DNA from: Elusimicrobiota bacterium
Lineage (GTDB): Bacteria; Elusimicrobiota; Endomicrobiia; Endomicrobiales; JBDRNC01
Direction: 5' to 3'
Assembly (NCBI GenBank): GCA_043811535.1
Contig: JBDRNC010000027.1
Location: forward strand, 1-64,000
Length of the DNA: 64,000 bases
Made by a program: the position numbers and the translations under genes. Shown in pieces: positions 63,004 through 64,000 of this stretch. Under the pieces are notes generated by a model, which saw only the letters and a program-made list of their open reading frames with translations, was not told where the DNA came from and searched no databases. Numbering within the stretch: the first letter of the stretch is position 1; each line of letters starts with the position of its first letter.

Positions 63004-64000
63004 CCCAGTTTATAGACCGCCAGCGGCCCGCTCTTGAACAAAAACTGTTTCTTGAAAGGCGTTTCGATTTCCGGATAGAATGTGTTGGAAAGCAGGTACT
63101 TCCCGCTTGCCATCCCCGGATTTGCGGCGAATTGCCTGTTATTAACATACAGAAGATAAGCGTAGCCCAGCAGGTGGACCTGAGGGTTTTCGTTGGTGGT
63201 GATGTATATTTGAGGCGACGCGCTGTTACCAATAATAAAGCGGACGGCTTCTTTCTGGCATCTGAAAGCGATGCCGTAGCTGTCGCTGAACCCCCCGAAA
63301 GCGTTCAAATAGCGGGAAAAATCAAAGAGCACAAGGTGCTGGACCAAAATTATCGCCGCGAAGAAAAGCATCGTGAAATAGCGGGCCGCCGCCGGGGCCT
63401 TGTTTTTTATAAGTTCCCCAAATCCTGCGATACCCATGACCGGAATAAGGAACTGAAGCGGGTAGATAGCGGCGAAATACTGGAAGGCGTTAAGGAAGGA
63501 AGACGAAATCAGGAACACAACCAGCGCGCTTGCCGTGATTATCAGGACAGCTTTCGCTTCGGCGTTTTTCCTGCGCATGAACAGAACGATAAGGCCGGAT
63601 AGGAAAAGAAGCGTGCTGATAATCCTGAAAAAATGGAAGAACCCGCTCATGCGGAGCCCGGCGAAGTCCGCGCCGCGGAAATACGTCTGAAAATGCCCCG
63701 TAATCAGCCACGAGGAGGCCTTTTCAAATATGGAGAATCCGCTCAGGATATTCCCGCCGCCCTGCATGACTCGCGATTGCAGGAAAGACGCCGCGGCGTA
63801 AATGTCGCGGAACCCGGTCTGCAGCAAGTGATACGCGTAAGGCAGGCAGGGAATCGCGGTTACCGCAATGAGCGGAAGTATGTCCTTTTTGCTGATATAC
63901 GGCCAAAGCACGAACGCGAGCCCCGGCAGAAGCACCAGGACGACCGGCTGGATCTGGAGCGCGATAAAGTATAAAAGGGCCAGAAACCATATCTTTTTCC
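62979..64000 (-). CDS. polytopic membrane protein, possibly a GT-C glycosyltransferase (5'-truncated by the window)
   Basis: Frame open to the window edge; many TM segments; QYF...YP motif. Confidence 0.55.
   Translation of the reverse strand, partial: KKIWFLALLYFIALQIQPVVLVLLPGLAFVLWPYISKKDILPLIAVTAIPCLPYAYHLLQTGFRDIYAAASFLQSRVMQGGGNILSGFSIFEKASSWLITGHFQTYFRGADFAGLRMSGFFHFFRIISTLLFLSGLIVLFMRRKNAEAKAVLIITASALVVFLISSSFLNAFQYFAAIYPLQFLIPVMGIAGFGELIKNKAPAAARYFTMLFFAAIILVQHLVLFDFSRYLNAFGGFSDSYGIAFRCQKEAVRFIIGNSASPQIYITTNENPQVHLLGYAYLLYVNNRQFAANPGMASGKYLLSNTFYPEIETPFKKQFLFKSGPLAVYKLGKGDGSIF

Overview
Bacterial chromosome window, probably Elusimicrobiota-like (inferred from PorV/TPR and beta-barrel gene content; not verified). 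Positions ~1-20,690 are an AT-richer accessory island. It carries an 11-gene minus-strand operon under a clear fluoride riboswitch (dynamin-like GTPase, Cys/His-rich DUF6062-like protein, enolase, MFS, small membrane protein, TPR, Cys phosphatase, CrcB/Fluc, cation:H+ antiporter, USP, DUF190). The island also has two pairs of duplicated structured non-coding elements around DUF6573/RadC genes, a short tyrosine recombinase with putative binding sites leading a type III restriction-modification operon, and a ParA plus frameshifted partner with parS-like repeats. Positions ~20,700-64,000 are almost entirely minus-strand core genome: GH57, paralogous beta-barrels, a PorV-like gene with cargo, PHP, apt, sigma70, pcm, panD, MscS, MerR, HU/IHF, plsY, der, hflX, miaA, the F1Fo ATP synthase operon, mutL, mutS and miaB. 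The core is densely colonised by small repeat elements. Two four-helix-bundle genes each sit inside inverted 7-8-mer repeat arrays whose gene-less copies recur at other gene junctions. GC palindromes of 14-18 nt have replaced tRNA loop sequence at all three tRNA loci, and MITE-like elements lie in frame inside hflX and miaB. All calls come from reading the sequence; no searches were run.
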